Virus record (IMG/VR): IMGVR_UViG_3300045609_000049
From: an uncultured virus (IMG/VR IMGVR_UViG_3300045609_000049)
Taxonomy: Duplodnaviria > Heunggongvirae > Uroviricota > Caudoviricetes
Strand: one strand, 5' to 3'
DNA length: 20,000 bases
Shown: positions 16,107 through 20,000 of the stretch, piece after piece
How positions within the stretch are numbered: the stretch's first letter is position 1
How the letters are laid out: each line of letters starts with the position of its first letter
The notes under the pieces: generated by a model
Databases searched by the model: none
Told to the model about the DNA's origin: nothing
The model's input: the letters and a program-made list of their open reading frames with translations, nothing else
Translations under genes and position numbers: made by a program

Positions 16107-17661
16107 TAAACAGCTGTAAATTTATGTAAATAACATATAATTATTGTTTATATTTTAGTAGAAAAATTGACTAAGTATCATTGTTGTATACTTTTATAAG
16201 TAAACTATACTATTAATTAAATAGAAAAGGAGGAGAACTGAATGAAAGATAATCTAGTAACCTACAAAATTAAATACAATTGTAATGAAAGTCTTTTACC
16301 AGTAATTAAGCAGTACAATTCAGTTCTCCGTTTTACCTACAATAGGCTTTTAGATGAAAAACTTTCAACAAAAGAACTCACAGTTTTGCATAAGACTCTT
16401 AACAACACTGATTTAATTCAATCACATCTAAGAAACTCAGCTATTTATGATGCTAAAACTTTAATTGCTAAATCAACTACACCTATCATCTTCGGCAGTA
16501 AAAAACTATTTATGCAAAGATGCAAACAGCAAATAACAAATGAGGAATTTCAAATAAAGAAGCTATTTTCGTTGACAAGTATAGGCGAAATGTGTAAAGG
16601 CTCAAATCGTCTTTTCAAAATCATTGACAACAAAACAATTAGTTTTAATTTAAACCGCAATTTACATTACAGGCTAAATCTTGTTGACGTTGGAACAAAA
16701 AGATCTAAAGAACTTGATCAGTTACTAAAACTTCAATCTAATAAACAAATAGCTATTACATATAAACTTGACCTCAACTATGTCTATTTAACTTTTGACT
16801 ATAATATGTTGAAAAATTATATCTATAGAGTGAAGAAGAATAGAGTGATGGCAATTGATATGAATCCTAACTCAATTGGATGGACAATAACTGACTGGTC
16901 AAACGAATCATACCACATTGTCAAAGCAGGCACGATCAGTATAAAACCTCTAAACGACTACAGAGATTCAAAATCAGTAGCCTCTTCAAGCGACTTTCAT
17001 AAATACATAACAAACAAGAGAAATCATGAAGTAATTCACATTGCAAAAGACCTTTTTAACTTGTGCAAGCATTTCAAATGTGAAACTTTTGCTATCGAAA
17101 AACTTAATATGAAGTCTTCAGATAAAGAAAAAGGCCGAATGTTTAATAAACTATGTAACAACGTTTGGAATAGAAATTTACTTGTGCAGCAGTTGACTAA
17201 GCACATACAATCAAGCTCAACTACTTTTATAGAAGTTTTACCTCAATACACAAGCTTCGTCGGTAATATATTATATAGACAAGAACATCTACCAGACGAA
17301 TGTTTGTCAAGCATTGAAATAGGCCGCAGAGGCTTTGAATTTACTAATCAATATATTTTTAAGCGAAGATTGCCACAAAAGAGCATAGTGTTTCCTGAGA
17401 TTGAGTCAGTCAAAAGTCGAATTGTTTTATCATTGGAAGAACTAAACATCGATGTTCCTGACTTTAATAACTGGATGACACTATATTCTGCAGTCAAAAA
17501 ATCGAAACAGAAATATCGATTTTCTTCTTCAGAAACGCAAGCATATAATTCTGAAGTTCTTTTTAGCAAATTTTATAAACATAAATACATATTAGTTTAT
17601 AACTATTTATGACATTTTATAAAATTTGTATTTTATAATTCAGTAAGTAATATTTGTTTTG
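16107..17661 (+). mobile_element. Non-autonomous IS607-like tnpB-only element, ~1555 bp
   Basis: TTTTG is present at both junctions (16102-16106, 17657-17661). Ends are AT-rich with recurring TAAGTA. There is no transposase and no GC-rich end hairpin. The exact boundary is ambiguous by up to 5 nt. Confidence 0.6.
16242..17612 (+). CDS. tnpB: TnpB-like RuvC nuclease (IS607-type, no zinc finger), 456 aa
   Basis: LRFTYNRL helix, RuvC-I VMAIDMNPNSIG, RuvC-II FAIEKLN, VLPQYTSFVG, PDECLSSIEIGRRG. RBS AAGGAGGAG. Confidence 0.8.
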   Translation: MKDNLVTYKIKYNCNESLLPVIKQYNSVLRFTYNRLLDEKLSTKELTVLHKTLNNTDLIQSHLRNSAIYDAKTLIAKSTTPIIFGSKKLFMQRCKQQITNEEFQIKKLFSLTSIGEMCKGSNRLFKIIDNKTISFNLNRNLHYRLNLVDVGTKRSKELDQLLKLQSNKQIAITYKLDLNYVYLTFDYNMLKNYIYRVKKNRVMAIDMNPNSIGWTITDWSNESYHIVKAGTISIKPLNDYRDSKSVASSSDFHKYITNKRNHEVIHIAKDLFNLCKHFKCETFAIEKLNMKSSDKEKGRMFNKLCNNVWNRNLLVQQLTKHIQSSSTTFIEVLPQYTSFVGNILYRQEHLPDECLSSIEIGRRGFEFTNQYIFKRRLPQKSIVFPEIESVKSRIVLSLEELNIDVPDFNNWMTLYSAVKKSKQKYRFSSSETQAYNSEVLFSKFYKHKYILVYNYL

Positions 17662-17847
17662 AAGTACTTGCTAAACGTAACAATAACCATAGTGTATCTG
17701 AGCAAGATCTTACTAAAGCTCAATATGAGAAAATTATTGAAGACGCACATGAATGGTTCATGACACACTTCTTTGATGATTTTAACGTAACAGAAGATTG
17801 ATGTTTTTAGCGAAAGCTATTTAACATAAGAAACTAGAAAGGAAATT

Positions 17848-17907
17848 ATGTCTATGGCAGTCGATTACATTGTTGGTGAAGATTGTGATATTGACGAGAT
17901 AGTCTAA
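17848..17907 (+). CDS. Putative 19-aa acidic peptide upstream of phoH
   Basis: RBS AGAAAGGA; MSMAVDYIVGEDCDIDEIV*; the stop abuts the phoH RBS. Confidence 0.35.
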   Translation: MSMAVDYIVGEDCDIDEIV

Positions 17908-17922
17908 AAAGGAGAATTAAAA

Positions 17923-19320
17923 TTGGTTAAGAATTATTTACTCGACACCAATGTTTTGATGTCAAATCCTAATAGTCTGTTTAGTTTTGCAGATAACAAT
18001 ATCTACCTTTGCGGTACAGTTATCCAAGAATTAGACAAACATAAGAAAGATCCTGGAGAAAGAGGTTATAATGCTCGAGAGTCACTTAGACTTATTGCAA
18101 ACTTAATTACGGATGCTATCGAGAATGAAACTGATAAGGAACAACGTCTTAAGATCGTACGCGATATTGGTATTGATCTTGGAAATGGTGGAAGATTGTT
18201 CTTTGAACCTGATGGTGTAGATATAGCAAATCTTCCTAAAGGATACGATATTACAGTTCCAGATAACAGAATTATTTCCTCTTGTGTTCATATGAATAAG
18301 AACTATCTTAAGGATAGTCCAGTTACTCTTCTCACTAATGATGGTGGATGTTTCATTAACTCACTTGTATGTGGTGTTAATGCAGATAATGTAAAGAGTG
18401 AGGAAATTGAGTACATTGGTTATTCAGGACATTTGGATCTCAAAATTGAAGATTGGAACATCATAAGTAAAATACATGAAGCTTTACAGATTGAGGCCTC
18501 AGAGATTCCTGAAATTGGAAAATTAGACTATCCATTATATGAAAATCAGTTTGTAACTATTACTTGTGGTAATATGTGTGTACTTACAGTATATCAGAAG
18601 GGTATTATCAAAAAAATTGAAGATATTGTAGTACATGACAATATTCAGCCGCTTAATAAAATGCAGACTTATGCAATGTGGGCATTAACAAACCCAGATA
18701 TTCCATTGGTTATCCTTGAAGGTCCTGCTGGAACATCTAAGACATTTGCTTCGCTTGCATGTGGATTACATCAGTTAGGTGTTGGAAATAAACGAGCTGC
18801 GCATGAAATTTATGATAGAGTGCTTATTTCTAGACCTAATGCAAAGACATCTGATGGTGACTTTGGTTATTTGCCTGGTACACTTGAAGAGAAAATGGGT
18901 CCTTTAGTTGCTTCATATATGGATAATCTAGAAGTTATTTTAGGTGATAAAGAAACACCTATCAAAGAAACAAGGGCGATCATTGAAGATATGATGCTCG
19001 ATAGATTTATTGAATTATGTCCTCTTTATTCTATTAGAGGTCGTTCTATCAATAATGCTTATCTTATTTGTGATGAGGCACAAAATGCTTCTAAGAAACT
19101 TATTAAGGACGTAGTTACAAGACCGTGTCAGAACACTAAGGTAATTATTGCTGGTGATCCTTCACAGGTTGATAACATGTCACTTGATAAGAGAAATAAT
19201 GGTTTAGTATATGCTAAAGATTGTATGAAGGGTAGTCCACTTTGTGCAATTATTAGATTTGAGCCAGATCATTGTGTAAGAAGCCCTCTCGCAGAAGAAG
19301 CTATTAAGAGAATGAAGTAA
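17923..19320 (+). CDS. phoH: PIN-PhoH (PhoH2/YlaK-like) ATPase/RNase
   Basis: PIN LLDTNVL...PDNRI...LLTND; Walker A GPAGTSKT; GYLPGTLEEKM, RGRSI, DEAQN, GDPSQVD. TTG start with RBS AAGGAG. Confidence 0.92.
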   Translation: MVKNYLLDTNVLMSNPNSLFSFADNNIYLCGTVIQELDKHKKDPGERGYNARESLRLIANLITDAIENETDKEQRLKIVRDIGIDLGNGGRLFFEPDGVDIANLPKGYDITVPDNRIISSCVHMNKNYLKDSPVTLLTNDGGCFINSLVCGVNADNVKSEEIEYIGYSGHLDLKIEDWNIISKIHEALQIEASEIPEIGKLDYPLYENQFVTITCGNMCVLTVYQKGIIKKIEDIVVHDNIQPLNKMQTYAMWALTNPDIPLVILEGPAGTSKTFASLACGLHQLGVGNKRAAHEIYDRVLISRPNAKTSDGDFGYLPGTLEEKMGPLVASYMDNLEVILGDKETPIKETRAIIEDMMLDRFIELCPLYSIRGRSINNAYLICDEAQNASKKLIKDVVTRPCQNTKVIIAGDPSQVDNMSLDKRNNGLVYAKDCMKGSPLCAIIRFEPDHCVRSPLAEEAIKRMK

Positions 19321-19330
19321 GATAAATAAG

Positions 19331-19364
19331 AAGAGGGCATTCAGAAATGAGTGTCCTCTTTTTT
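19331..19364 (+). terminator. Rho-independent terminator after phoH
   Basis: AAGAGGGCATTCA-GAAA-TGAGTGTCCTCTT stem-loop running into a T tract. Confidence 0.85.
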
Positions 19365-19384
19365 GTTAAAAGGAGTACGTTTAG

Positions 19385-19561
19385 ATGATGACGAGACACG
19401 AGATTTTATATGGATTGGATAAAATTCTTGAAAAAATGGAGAAAAATAGTGGTCTACTTGGCGGAAAGAAATATGGTGCGGATGAGATTACATCTGTGCG
19501 GGCAGCCAAGTCAATTATTGAACAAATACCTGATAATTATATCGACAATTATCAGCGATGA
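19385..19561 (+). CDS. Hypothetical protein, 58 aa
   Basis: RBS AAAGGAG; MMTRHEILYGLDKILEKMEK...DNYQR*. Confidence 0.6.
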   Translation: MMTRHEILYGLDKILEKMEKNSGLLGGKKYGADEITSVRAAKSIIEQIPDNYIDNYQR

Positions 19562-19573
19562 AAGGAATTTAGT

Positions 19574-20000
19574 ATGATAATAGGCGTTGATTTGGGTAAT
19601 AAAACTCGTAATTCAGTCTGTGTCATGCAGGGTGATAAACTACTTGAATGGAGTAGATTAAATTATGCAGATTCTGAATCAGCCTGGCATCATAGGCAAA
19701 AAATAGTTTTGCAGATTCGAAAGTATATTAAGAAGTATAAATTAACTAAAAAGGATTACCTACTATTTGAGGAAATTGCTTTCTACAGAGGTATATCAAG
19801 AATGTACAATATTGTTAGTATGGCTTTTTTACAGGCTACACTTATCAATGAGTTCTCTGATGTTATTTCTATAAGCACTGTTCATGTACAATCATGGAAA
19901 AGTAAAGTCTTAGGAAATAGATCTGCAAAGAAAGAAGATGCAGTCGCATTTATAGAAGATCATTATCCGCAAGTAGATTTGAATATTGTAATTCATCATC
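19574..20000 (+). CDS. RuvC-like Holliday junction resolvase (runs off the window)
   Basis: MIIGVDLGNKTRNSVC (RNase H strand with catalytic D), YLLFEE, V.VQSWKSKVLG...AKKED; frame open to 20000. Confidence 0.75.
   Translation, partial: MIIGVDLGNKTRNSVCVMQGDKLLEWSRLNYADSESAWHHRQKIVLQIRKYIKKYKLTKKDYLLFEEIAFYRGISRMYNIVSMAFLQATLINEFSDVISISTVHVQSWKSKVLGNRSAKKEDAVAFIEDHYPQVDLNIVIHH

Larger units (their letters stand above)
16040..17801 (+). pseudogene. 68-aa hypothetical gene split by the IS607-like element (16040-16106 + 17662-17801)
   Basis: RBS AAGGAGGT. Joining at the shared TTTTG gives MVSDEQLNELKDTFTHKYYIVF-EVLAKRNNNHSVSEQDLTKAQYEKIIEDAHEWFMTHFFDDFNVTED*. Confidence 0.65.

Noticed and set aside
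10553..17661. IStron (group I intron-IS chimeras) rescuing the interrupted genes
   Set aside because: The left non-coding ends are too short or AT-rich (58 nt and 135 nt) for a group I core, and the 300-nt region before iscB is explained by the omegaRNA.
16242..17800. Cas12f-type CRISPR effector
   Set aside because: No repeat-spacer array or cas genes flank it; the flanks are two halves of an interrupted gene.
1992..18291. Short minus-strand ORFs in the ORF track, and + strand 3454..3711
   Set aside because: All overlap well-supported + strand genes and lack RBS or motifs.
1..20000. tRNA or rRNA genes
   Set aside because: No cloverleaf/T-loop or rRNA-like sequence was seen in any intergenic gap; tRNAscan would confirm.

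Overview
AT-rich window in which essentially all real genes lie on the + strand. They are tightly packed, use Firmicutes-type RBSs (AAGGAGG/GAAAGGA) and include many small hypotheticals, a PIN-PhoH gene and a RuvC-like resolvase. I infer an accessory region of a large (jumbo-type) phage or similar element of a low-GC Bacillota host. Contents in order: (i) a tandem array of at least three paralogous hexapeptide-repeat (beta-helix) genes; (ii) a four-gene restriction-modification-like operon with a split amino-methyltransferase. SAM-binding halves sit on a stand-alone gene and on the C-terminus of a GIY-YIG/SF2-helicase, while two paralogous NPPY+TRD catalytic/specificity halves are encoded separately; the GIY-YIG conserved Arg appears to be Cys; (iii) small hypotheticals, some frameshifted at homopolymers; (iv) three different RNA-guided (OMEGA) transposons within about 7 kb: an intact IS605-type tnpA+tnpB, an omegaRNA-iscB(pseudo)-tnpA element and a non-autonomous IS607-like tnpB. 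Each interrupts a small gene that can be rebuilt in frame, which gives predicted ends, TAMs (TTTAA, ATAAA, TTTTG) and guides; (v) a stand-alone topoisomerase-C-terminal-repeat protein, phoH and a truncated ruvC-like gene. All family assignments come from motif recognition by eye; no searches were run.
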